64,000 nucleotides of DNA from Coriobacteriia bacterium (GTDB lineage Bacteria; Actinomycetota; Coriobacteriia; WRKU01; WQUG01): NCBI GenBank assembly GCA_009778715.1, contig WRFR01000004.1, forward strand, positions 1,857-65,856, written 5' to 3'. Under the pieces are notes generated by a model that did not search any database, was not told where the DNA came from, and was given only the letters and a program-made list of their open reading frames with translations. How positions within the stretch are numbered: the first letter of the stretch is position 1; each line of letters starts with the position of its first letter. Positions 45,869-55,100 of the stretch are shown in pieces. The translations under genes and the position numbers were made by a program.

Positions 45869-48673
45869 TTATTTGCTACCAGGCTTTGCCGGTACCTGCG
45901 CGTCTTGCCTTTGCACCCGGCGTTTTCGCTCATAAAGCACGATGATAACAACAAACAACACTACGCCAACCAAGGATAAGATACAGCCAAGGCGGAAGTA
46001 GGGCGTCTCATAATGCAAGGTAATCGTATGATTGCCCGCGGGTAAATACAAGCCGCACCACAGGGTGTTAACATTGAGCACCGCTGCTGGTTTGCCATCG
46101 ACTTGCGCGCTCCAACCCTTGCTGTAAGGGATAGTGAGGCAGAGCAGCTTGGCCTTGTCGGCGCTCACGGTTCCCGTAATGGTGTCAGCTCCGCGCTGCA
46201 CGTTTTCAAGCGTGGTCTGCTTCAGCGCTTTGACCTGGTTGCCATAGGCTGATATCGGCTGACAGACGACCTGAAGATCATCCAGCGAGTATGTTCCTGT
46301 TCTTCCAAACTCCAGTGTGATTGTCGTTTTCTGCTTTGCTGCATAACCGAGGTTGACAAGGAAATCATGCTGATTTGCATACCAGGAATAATTAGGCCCC
46401 TGGTATGTAATCGTTTTCTTGATCGTGCCCGAAGAGATGGTCAGAGGAATATGGGTGGAAGGTCCGTTCATGTAAAGGTCATCGACGCCGGACAAAGATG
46501 ACAGGTCGATCGAGCCAGGCTTTTGGACGGCGGCCTCGCGCGCGTACTGGATGTTCTTCAAATATAGATACGTTTCACAATTCTTAAGGCCTGAGAAATT
46601 CAACGTTACCGAAGCTCCCGCCTTGGTAACAACAAAAGTTCCCTTTCCAGAAGTAACCCCCGCGCCGCACTGAGCCTGATAGGGCAGGACGGCATCATTA
46701 AACGCAGGCGTTGTCGTATCCAGGGAAGGAGCAACAGCATTGTTGACAACGGCGCCTTGCAGCAAAGCTTGTTGCTTTTCGACCGGCGTAAGTTTCTGGT
46801 AGCTCGCCTCAGGAATGACCTTGTCATAGGTATAGCCAAAAGGCAGCGCATAGGCATTCTTATAGACTTCGTAACCGTTGGCTTTTTTCACAAGCTTGTC
46901 ATAGCCATAGGGGAGGTACCGTTTTTCGCCGTCCCTTATGACAAAGTATTTCACGTTCGCAAGGGTGCCCATAGACGTCCGGTTATCAAGCGAAGTTACA
47001 GAACAGTTAGCCCGTACATAAAGACCGATATCATCTATGAGGCTATCGATCATACGAGAGTTCGTCAGGCTGAAATAAAAGCCCGTGCTATTTACGCCGT
47101 TTAACAGGGAGCGGTTCTGGATGATCGCCTGCCCTCCATACTCGTTCTCGTCATAGCGATAAAAAGACGTATCGCCTATCGACTTCACGACTGATGACGA
47201 GTTCTTTGTGAGCGAATCGATCGCTTCACCTGATCCCACATAGTCAGATGCGAGGCCACCTTGTGCTGGTGCGTACTTGTAGTATCCGTTTATTACAAAC
47301 CCCGCGCACATCAGGAGAAGCGCCACAAATAAAGCTATCCGGCCAGGCCTGCTCCCTTGCTTGCCCCTGCCAGAACGATGGTAAAGATACGATCCCCACA
47401 TGAACAGCACGAGCAGGACCAGTATCAGATAGGAAGGAACAGCTCCGCTCGCGCCCACTTTACCGGCAAAAGCCATCGGAATGGCATAGATCGCGGCAAA
47501 TATCGTAAGAATCACTATCTGCTTTTTTGTCGGCCTGAGTATATCGGGGAGTATGACAGCCGTGATCAGGGCGATTACAAAGCTATAGCCAAGGACCCAG
47601 CGGTTCGTTACGTAAGAAAAGCCGTTAAATACATCACCCACTATTGGAAACATCAAAAACACAGTGAGCAAAATGAACGTGAATTTCAAGGCGCCCTGCG
47701 TTTTTCTTTTTGTGAACAAAAGGATGATCGCGGCAAATGAGAGCGCGGAATAGCCGAAATAAGTCCAGGGTCCCGGGGGATAGGTGGTGATAAAGCTCGG
47801 GAAGAAACGGAGATAATAACCAGGGGAATAGAACAGGCTGATGATCTGATGGATGCCTGCTCGGTAGCTGATGAGCATATACATTATTATCGGCAGAAAC
47901 ACGAGGCAAGCCATCAACAGGCCAACGAGATAGAAGAGCGCGAACGTGCCCGCCCATGAGAAAAAGCTTTTCAGGCTTTTCTTATCATCGAGAGTAAAGA
48001 ACCGGATCACCAGGTAAATGATAAGCAGAATGGTCAGCAGGTAAAAGAAGTAGAAATCAGTGATCGCGGCCAGGCAAACGACGGCGATGAAGAAATAGGG
48101 GCGCTGCTTCCTGAAAATCTGCTCGACCCCGATAAGCAAGAGCGGAAGATAGATCAGCGGATTAAGAAAGTTCGGATGTACGATGGCTTGCAGGACAAAA
48201 CCGCAAAACACATAAGCTGAGCTCCCGAACAGCTGGGAAGACCGTGAAAGCTTCAGCTTGTGGCAATAAGCAGAGAATGCCACGCCTATGAGGTACAGGC
48301 GAAGCACGATCAGGGCAGAATAAAGGTAAGGCGCCTTACTCACGGGGATTACCGCAAACAGGAGGTTAAAAGGATCGCCTATGGCGTACCAGTTAAGCGT
48401 GGTGAGCAGATCCGAGCCATAGCCGATGCTGAAGTCGAAATGGGGGGCGACAAATCGCCCGGTATGTATCAGAGTAGAGAAAATTTGCCGTAGATACTGG
48501 CCGTAGTAGGCCATTGCGGCAAGATGCTGCCGCACGCCATCCGGAGTCCAGATCAGTGACTTTCCATTCAAGGGGAACCAGATGAACACGAGAGCGGCGA
48601 GGACTGCGAAGGTAAGCGAGTAGATCAGGTAGTAGGAAATGCGTTTCTTACTCTCTTGTCGTAACCTGTTCAA
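45869..48673 (-). CDS. YfhO-family polytopic membrane protein (putative glycosyltransferase), AT-rich relative to the core
   Basis: 934 aa. 14+ TM helices in the N-terminal ~450 aa plus a large C-terminal extracytoplasmic domain, typical of YfhO. Confidence 0.7.
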   Translation of the reverse strand: MNRLRQESKKRISYYLIYSLTFAVLAALVFIWFPLNGKSLIWTPDGVRQHLAAMAYYGQYLRQIFSTLIHTGRFVAPHFDFSIGYGSDLLTTLNWYAIGDPFNLLFAVIPVSKAPYLYSALIVLRLYLIGVAFSAYCHKLKLSRSSQLFGSSAYVFCGFVLQAIVHPNFLNPLIYLPLLLIGVEQIFRKQRPYFFIAVVCLAAITDFYFFYLLTILLIIYLVIRFFTLDDKKSLKSFFSWAGTFALFYLVGLLMACLVFLPIIMYMLISYRAGIHQIISLFYSPGYYLRFFPSFITTYPPGPWTYFGYSALSFAAIILLFTKRKTQGALKFTFILLTVFLMFPIVGDVFNGFSYVTNRWVLGYSFVIALITAVILPDILRPTKKQIVILTIFAAIYAIPMAFAGKVGASGAVPSYLILVLLVLFMWGSYLYHRSGRGKQGSRPGRIALFVALLLMCAGFVINGYYKYAPAQGGLASDYVGSGEAIDSLTKNSSSVVKSIGDTSFYRYDENEYGGQAIIQNRSLLNGVNSTGFYFSLTNSRMIDSLIDDIGLYVRANCSVTSLDNRTSMGTLANVKYFVIRDGEKRYLPYGYDKLVKKANGYEVYKNAYALPFGYTYDKVIPEASYQKLTPVEKQQALLQGAVVNNAVAPSLDTTTPAFNDAVLPYQAQCGAGVTSGKGTFVVTKAGASVTLNFSGLKNCETYLYLKNIQYAREAAVQKPGSIDLSSLSGVDDLYMNGPSTHIPLTISSGTIKKTITYQGPNYSWYANQHDFLVNLGYAAKQKTTITLEFGRTGTYSLDDLQVVCQPISAYGNQVKALKQTTLENVQRGADTITGTVSADKAKLLCLTIPYSKGWSAQVDGKPAAVLNVNTLWCGLYLPAGNHTITLHYETPYFRLGCILSLVGVVLFVVIIVLYERKRRVQRQDAQVPAKPGSK

Positions 48674-48766
48674 AAGCCCGCCTCCTCATGGCAAAACAAG
48701 AAGGGCGAGCGTCTGCAAAGAGGCGCCCTACCCTTTACTCATAAGTTATTATCCTCTACTTAGGCT

Positions 48767-49693
48767 TTACTCAAACAATGCCGTGCTGAAGTAACGCTCC
48801 CCGGTATCCGGCAGCAAGGTGACCACCGTTTTGCCAGGGCCAAGCTTTTTGGCCATTGCCAGGGCAGCGGCTACGTTGGTGCCGCTCGATATACCACAGA
48901 GCAGGCCCTCTTTTTGCGCCAGGTCCTTTGCAGTTTGAAGCGCTGTTTCGTCGCTCACGATGTAGATGTCAGAGTAGATCTTCGTGTCGAGATTCTCCGG
49001 GATCAATCCGTCGCCGATACCCATCTGAATGTGGGTGCTGATCGCGCCGCCGGAAAGTATCGCGGCGTTTTCCGGCTCAACTGCCCAGATCGCTACGTCG
49101 GGGTAGAGCGCTTTCAGGATCTCGCCAATGCCTGAGATCGTGCCCCCGGTACCGATGCCGGAACAAAAGCCATGGATCGGCTTTGCTGCCTGCTCGACGA
49201 TCTCTAAAGCGGTGCCATATTTGTGTGCCAGGTTGTTAGCAGGGTTGATGAATTGCTGGGGGATGTAGACGTTTTTATCGTTTGCAGCCATTTTCAGCGC
49301 GGTGTTCAGGCAGTTCTCTATGCAGACGCCAATGTCGCCTTCATCCTTTACGAGGACCACCTTTGCGCCATAGTGTTCGACCAGTTTGCGGCGCTCAATG
49401 CTCACCGAATCCGGCATGATGATGACCACGTGATAGCCTCTCACAGCGCCCACGAGAGCAAGCCCGATACCCTGGTTTCCGCTGGTGGGTTCAACAATGA
49501 TCGTATCAGGGCTGATAAGCCCCTTTTTTTCAGCTTCGTGGATCATATTGTAAGCGGTTCGGGTCTTGATCGACCCGCCGATGTTGACCGCTTCGAACTT
49601 CACCAGGACCTCGGCATCGTCCGGCCCGGTCATCTTGTTCAGTCGGATCAGCGGGGTGTGCCCTATCGCTTCCAGGATGTTATCGTAGATCAT
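48767..49693 (-). CDS. cysK: cysteine synthase A (O-acetylserine sulfhydrylase)
   Basis: PLP-fold motifs KFEAVNIGGSIKTRTAYNMI and GIGTGGTISGIGE. Confidence 0.9.
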   Translation of the reverse strand: MIYDNILEAIGHTPLIRLNKMTGPDDAEVLVKFEAVNIGGSIKTRTAYNMIHEAEKKGLISPDTIIVEPTSGNQGIGLALVGAVRGYHVVIIMPDSVSIERRKLVEHYGAKVVLVKDEGDIGVCIENCLNTALKMAANDKNVYIPQQFINPANNLAHKYGTALEIVEQAAKPIHGFCSGIGTGGTISGIGEILKALYPDVAIWAVEPENAAILSGGAISTHIQMGIGDGLIPENLDTKIYSDIYIVSDETALQTAKDLAQKEGLLCGISSGTNVAAALAMAKKLGPGKTVVTLLPDTGERYFSTALFE

Positions 49694-50090
49694 AGTTAAG
49701 CTCCAGGATCATCTTCTCACCTTCTGCAGAATAATGGCCAGTTCCTGATATCCCCGTCAACTCTCCAGTGCCCGTGCCGGGTTTTATCATCAGCTCGCTG
49801 ACGGGTCCGGCAGGGGAGTACTCGCCGTGATCTTCCAGCACGAGCGTCCCGGATTTTCCCTCGATCGACCCAGAAAAGGTCAGGTAGCCGATATAGGTGG
49901 CTGTAGAAGCGTGCCGATCATTTTCACCGTGGTCGGTGTAGTGCACGAGATACTCAACATCGAGCTTGCCGTCGATCGCGCCTGACACTTCATAGATAGC
50001 CGATGCTCGCGTTACCTGGCTATCGCCAACCGGCCCCCCGCATTTCTCTTCGTCCCATTTCGCAACGCTAAACTCACTTTTTACTTCCAT
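49680..50090 (-). CDS. DUF3224-like hypothetical protein
   Basis: Small beta-rich protein with YIGYLTFSGSIEGKSGTLVLEDHGEY. Overlaps the cysK start. Confidence 0.45.
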   Translation of the reverse strand: MEVKSEFSVAKWDEEKCGGPVGDSQVTRASAIYEVSGAIDGKLDVEYLVHYTDHGENDRHASTATYIGYLTFSGSIEGKSGTLVLEDHGEYSPAGPVSELMIKPGTGTGELTGISGTGHYSAEGEKMILELNYDLR

Positions 50091-50132
50091 GTGCTCTACT
50101 TTTCTCTAACATCCGTACTTGCTTTGGAATCT

Positions 50133-50390
50133 CTAGTGCTCAACGACGATGGTACACTCTGTTGCCAAAGCAGCAGCTGTTGCTGCTGCCGCGAAAACAG
50201 GAGCCAACACGACGCCGGCCACTCCGACCGTCAAGGGAAAGCTCATAATCTCCCGGTCATCTTTGCCCAGGATCGTGACCTTTTTCGCGTTGCCCTCTTT
50301 GATGATCTCCTTGAGTTTCGTGATCAATTCATCACTCTTAATGCGGAATGCTTCGGTTCTCTCGTCATCCATCGCCATATCCCTCTTCAT
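50133..50390 (-). CDS. DUF4342 domain protein
   Basis: GKDDREIMSFPLTVGVAGVVLAPVFAAAATAAALATECTIVV matches DUF4342. Confidence 0.6.
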   Translation of the reverse strand: MKRDMAMDDERTEAFRIKSDELITKLKEIIKEGNAKKVTILGKDDREIMSFPLTVGVAGVVLAPVFAAAATAAALATECTIVVEH

Positions 50391-50447
50391 TGCTCGAATC
50401 CCTGATGTTCTGGCTGCCAGCCAGAAGCTTCTCTACATCTAATGGCA
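50391..50447 (-). repeat. degenerate partial copy of the tRNA-Ala 3' half (older att-site remnant)
   Basis: gctcgaatccctgatgttctggctgccagccagaagc matches ctcgaacccctgaccttctggctgccagccagacgc of the intact tRNA-Ala. The following flank carries a hairpin with compensatory changes relative to copy 2. Confidence 0.6.
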
Positions 50448-50731
50448 AACCATCCCAAATTATAGCAGTTTTGGGATGGTCTATTTGGTGGGGGCATCGC
50501 ATTAAAGCAGCAGAGTGGGCGCTAGATTTTACGGATTCCGGTTGAGTAGAGCTTATGATGTTTGATAGGTGATAGAGCAATCAAGACCGCCGGGTGATTA
50601 GTCGGGGCACATGAGAATGAGAGGTTGCAGACGAGATGAGCCGTCATCGCTCTTCAACTGAGGGCGGAGCAAAACTTTTTATCGTTGATTAAAGTGAAAA
50701 TGCCACCTGAAGGGAGGGCAACTGCGCGTGG

Positions 50732-50789
50732 TGGTGGAGCTTAGGGGGCTCGAACCCCTGACCTTCTGGCTGCCAGCCAGACGCTCTCC
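50732..50789 (-). repeat. 58-nt exact direct repeat of the 3' half of tRNA-Ala(GGC); left boundary (att) of the genomic island
   Basis: tggtggagcttagggggctcgaacccctgaccttctggctgccagccagacgctctcc is identical to 60610-60667 (CCA end through anticodon arm and D-stem). The sequence then diverges. Confidence 0.85.
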
Positions 50790-50991
50790 TACACCTAAAT
50801 GGTAAACCACCCCCAAACTATTGCAAGTTTTAGGTGGTCTTTTGGCGAGCGTCGCAGGTTCTCAAGCTCAATCCAAGCTCCACGTCAACAGCGAACTTCA
50901 TTTTACCCCGGCTTGCGCAGCGTGAGCAAGAGGCTGTTAAGCCTCAAAAGAAACGCTCGCAAGGTTCCTTTCGTGTTTTGCGACGTTTACC

Positions 50992-51056
50992 CCCGCTTGG
51001 ATGGCATGCACACCCCGTCTGGATGGCAGTCAATACCCCGCTTGGATGGCAGTCAA
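50992..51056 (+). repeat. three tandem ~20-nt direct repeats (ccccgYtYggatggcaKKca) upstream of the first island gene
   Basis: Units read ccccgcttggatggcatgca / ccccgtctggatggcagtca / ccccgcttggatggcagtca. Related copies (one direct, one inverted) at 60466-60502. Confidence 0.6.
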
Positions 51057-51159
51057 AATTACTCTTTCGTGAGGCATCAACTAATGCTTGAGAGTATAAT
51101 AACTACCATGTTGCGATTAGGATGTTCGACATAGACAGAGGGGTTAACCTGCGGAAAGA

Positions 51160-51513
51160 GTGATGGAAGAAATGGCGTCATGCCGCTGTAAAGAAATAGC
51201 TCAATTGCGAGGCGAGGTGACAGAACTCTTCGTGTTACTCCCAGCAGATCAGGCGGTAACACGAGCAAATGAGACATTATCAGTCGGTCTCAAAAATCTG
51301 GTCGATACCTTACCTGCTTCTATCCCTGAGCGAGCTCGCACAATCATCACCAATGCAGCAGATCTACATCATACGAGCGTGATGACACATTCTGCGGTTG
51401 ACGTTCAGATCATCAATGCAATTGGCAATCTGAATCAAACTATTGCCTCGCTAGAAGCTGAGGATAAAAAGTTCCATACGCCTTGGGCGCAGATGGTTAC
51501 AAGAGGAGATTAA
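51160..51513 (+). CDS. small alpha-helical protein, candidate T7SS toxin adaptor/chaperone (paralog of 60074..60394)
   Basis: First gene of the cassette. TATAAT at ~51094 upstream. The C-terminal segment LEAEDKKFHTPWAQMVTRG matches LIEEDKAFHQKEVAQGR of the island-distal ORF. Confidence 0.4.
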   Translation: MMEEMASCRCKEIAQLRGEVTELFVLLPADQAVTRANETLSVGLKNLVDTLPASIPERARTIITNAADLHHTSVMTHSAVDVQIINAIGNLNQTIASLEAEDKKFHTPWAQMVTRGD

Positions 51514-51518
51514 GTCAT

Positions 51519-51824
51519 ATGCCCCAGATAAAAGCAGACAATAACGCCTTTCTAGCCACTAAATCAAAACAACAGGCTACCATCAATGTCTTAATGAATC
51601 TCTCCAATACCCAGACCCAGTTTCTCAACCAACTCGGAGATGCATGGAAAGGTGATAGCGGCACAATATTTCATGCAGCGATAGCAGAAATCTCGCGCGA
51701 GATGGAATCCGGTATCTTCATGATCCAAACCCTCAATAATCAGACAACAGCGGCCCATTCGCTCTTCTTACAGGCAGACGCGTTTCTTGCAAATGCCCTA
51801 GGTAATCCGCAAAAAGGAAAGTGA
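51519..51824 (+). CDS. WXG100 (ESAT-6/EsxA-like) family type VII secretion substrate
   Basis: 101 aa. RBS AAGAGGAG 10 nt before ATG 51519. Central W-x-G motif LGDAWKGDSGTIFHAAIAEI flanked by helical segments, as in EsxA (WxGxaA.aF). Confidence 0.7.
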   Translation: MPQIKADNNAFLATKSKQQATINVLMNLSNTQTQFLNQLGDAWKGDSGTIFHAAIAEISREMESGIFMIQTLNNQTTAAHSLFLQADAFLANALGNPQKGK

Positions 51825-51830
51825 GTTATT

Positions 51831-52166
51831 ATGTCTTCTTCCTGGTGTCCCTATTGCGCTGAAATCTCTAAATATAATAACGACATCAGCGTGATTACCT
51901 CTATGCAAAAAACGTTTCAGAGAATGGTGGACAGAAACTCAAGCAAGAACTCTGCGCTCAAATCACTTTCGGGAAGTGTAATTGCTACGATAAGCCCAGC
52001 TAATCCCTCGGGGCTTACCGGAGAGATCAATGATTTTAACAAAGATACTGCCAAGAAGATCGGTGATTTCATGGCTGCCGCCTCAGATGAATTGGCTTCT
52101 TTGAAAAGTAAGCTTGCAACTGCTAAAGCAAATGACAGGAAATACCATGCTGAGCATGGCTATTAG
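51831..52166 (+). CDS. small hypothetical protein (111 aa) in the WXG100/LXG-toxin accessory position
   Basis: Sits between the WXG100 gene and the RHS toxin with 6-24 nt gaps. Helical C-terminal half. CPYC motif at the N-terminus. Confidence 0.35.
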   Translation: MSSSWCPYCAEISKYNNDISVITSMQKTFQRMVDRNSSKNSALKSLSGSVIATISPANPSGLTGEINDFNKDTAKKIGDFMAAASDELASLKSKLATAKANDRKYHAEHGY

Positions 52167-52190
52167 GCTAGATATGGAAAGCTGAGAGTT

Positions 52191-55100
52191 ATGGCAAACT
52201 TCTCTTTAGACATAAACGTTCTAAATAGCACCATTGCAAAGATGGGCAATTTCATCACCAGCATAACTGGTGCAGGCTCCAGTTTTGCTCAGACAAATGA
52301 AAACCTCACTATAACTGGCTGGACGGGTAAAGGGGCCAATGTCTTCAGTATGAAAAGCGGCAAGTTTTCAACGGACTGGGCAAAGTTCGTAAGCAACGAG
52401 ACGGCTCTGAAAACAAGCCTGAAGTCAGGCGCACAACAGGCAGAAGTAATAGTCAAGCAGCTTAACAGCATCGCTGCCGTCTTCGGGGCCTCTGCAAAAA
52501 GCGCTACCAAGATCGGGTATAACCCGAACGCAAAAGCCGCAGCGGTTCAAGGTTGTATGTCGGTAAAAAGTAAGTTCAGTGACGACCTTTCTGATCTGGA
52601 ACAGATCATGTCGCTGGGCGGCAGACTTCAAATATCAAAGTTCAATGCCTACAGCAAAGCTATTTCTATTTACACCCTTATTGAAAACAAACAAACAAAG
52701 CTCGTCAAATTGGCCAGCGCCCTTGATACGTATGAGGCAGACGTCTTCAGGCTTACAACGATCATGAAGGGCTGGAAGCCAGTGCCACTTCCCGTGTGGC
52801 AAAACTTTGTAACCACCTATTTCACCCATACTGGCATGGGTGAGAATGAAGCGCTTGCGCTTTGGGGTGATGCGAATGCAATCAATGTGCTTCTGGCTGT
52901 GATGTTGGGCGTCAACTATAAGACTCAGTATGGTGGCGACCCAGTTAATATGTCTACTGGCAACTTCGTCTATCAAAAAGAGTACCTCAAAGTTGCTGGC
53001 TACTTCCCCCTCTCATTTTTGATGACCTACAACAGTACCGAGACCCGTACAGGAGCTCTGGGGCCAGGTTGGACACACTCATTTGAAATTAGCATCGAAC
53101 GGCAGGATGATAAAGCGATCATTCTTCTTGAAGATGGACAGCGAGAGGTGTTCGAGTACAGAGGTTCCTGGCGCCACGCCCAAGGCGAAGACGCTTCTTT
53201 AACTGAGAATGACGGTCAGTTCACCTATAGAACTCATCAAGGAGTTGAGTACCTCTTCGACAACCAGGGCAAATTGATACAGATCACTGATCGCAACGGC
53301 CACTTCCTGAAACTGTCCTACAACGATTCTGGGCAACTGCAAACCGCAGAAAACGATTCTGGGGCGCAGTTTAACTTCAGCTACGAAGAAGGCAGGTTGG
53401 TTCAAGTTGCTGATAATGCGAGCAGAGCAATTAGCTTGACCTATAGTGATGGCATACTTGCTTCGGTCACTGGCGAAACAGGGGCCGTCTATTCTTATGC
53501 CCACAATGATGCGGGCAGAATCACTCAGGTCACAAATCCACTGGGCATAGCGGCAGTTGAAAACGAATACGATGAGAATGGACGCGTAATCGCCCAAAGC
53601 CTTGCTGGTGGAGGCAAACTTTCATTTGTCTTTGATGACGATGCACAAAGCGTCAAATTTACCGAGCAAAACGGTAATGAGGTCACTCATATTCACGACA
53701 ATCGCTATCGCAGTATCAAGACCATCTATTCTGATGGAACAGAAACTTCCGAGTACGATAATCACAACCACCTCACTTCTTTTACTGATAAGTTGGATAA
53801 TACTGTTTCTTACGGCTATGATGAGCGTGGCAACCGAACGAGCATCACTAATGCCTTGGGCGAAGAAACCACAACGACCTACAATGAGCTTAATCGTCCC
53901 ACTGAGGTTGCTGTTTGTGGGGTGCCGCAACTCAAAGCGATCTATGATGAGCGCGGTAACGCGATTGAGACTTCTGATGGCTTAGGGCGCACCATAAAGA
54001 CTAAGCGTAATGAGGCAGGCCAGCCTGAAAAGATCACCCTGTCTGATGAAAGCGAGATTACGCTGGCTTTTGATGAGCGCGGAAACATTACATCAGCAAC
54101 AGATCCTTCAGGCACGGCAACCTGTGAGTATGACGAGCTTAATCGTCCGGTACTGGTAACTGACCCGCTTGGTAATGAAATGCACTTCGTTCGTGACGCA
54201 CGGGGAAACACGACACAGGCCACCAACGCTGCCGGAGATGTCTGTGCCTGCGAGTACAACGGACTTGATCGTCCAACAAAGATCATCGACTTTGATGGTT
54301 CTACCGCGAAGTATGGCTACCACAAAAACGGAAGACCGGAGAGCTTTACAGACCAGGAGGGAAATACAACTACTCTTGAATACGATCTGATGGGCAATCC
54401 CATTAGGCGCACCGACGCAGAAGGCTTCAGCACCCAAACTGAGTACGACCAATTCAATCGACCGATCAAAGTGATTGATGAGGAAGGTATTACCGTTGAA
54501 CAATACGTCTACGATGCGCTTGGTAATAAAACCAAGATCACAGGACCGCGAGGAGAAGAAACGTCCATTGTCTATGACGCGTTGTCGCGCCCGATAGAGG
54601 TTACAGAACCAGACGGAGCAAAGCTCTCTGCCATTTACAACGTACTGGGTAAGCCAACATGCATTACTGATGCGTTGGGACATAAATACCTGCGGGAGTA
54701 TGACATAGTAGGTCAGTTGATAAAGGCGACTGACCCGACAGGAACTATCTTCACTTTCAGCTATTCGCTTTTGGGTAAGCTTGCATCCATTACTAATCCC
54801 GCAGGGCTTACCACCACCTTTGATTATCTGCTTGGCGGCCTGCTTGAAAAGATCACCTATCCTGATGGTCGCTACAAGACTTTCACGTATGATGCAGCTA
54901 AGAACCTGACTAGCCAGACTGATCAGGACGGCTTCAGCCTGTATTACACCTATGACTGCCTGAATCGCATTATTGAAATTTCAACGAGCACCGGTCAAAA
55001 GACCACCTACTCCTACGACGCCGTAGGGCGTGTTATATCGGCGACTGATACGCTCGGCAACACTACTTGTTTTGCCTGGTCGCCAACAGGCAGGCTCATC

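Noticed and set aside
50799-51134. 111-aa plus-strand ORF spanning the tRNA-fragment flank and the GGATGGCAGTCA repeats
   Set aside because: It reads through repeat DNA (tandem LDG(M/S) segments reflect the DNA repeats), has no RBS, and sits in the promoter region of the cassette. More likely non-coding.
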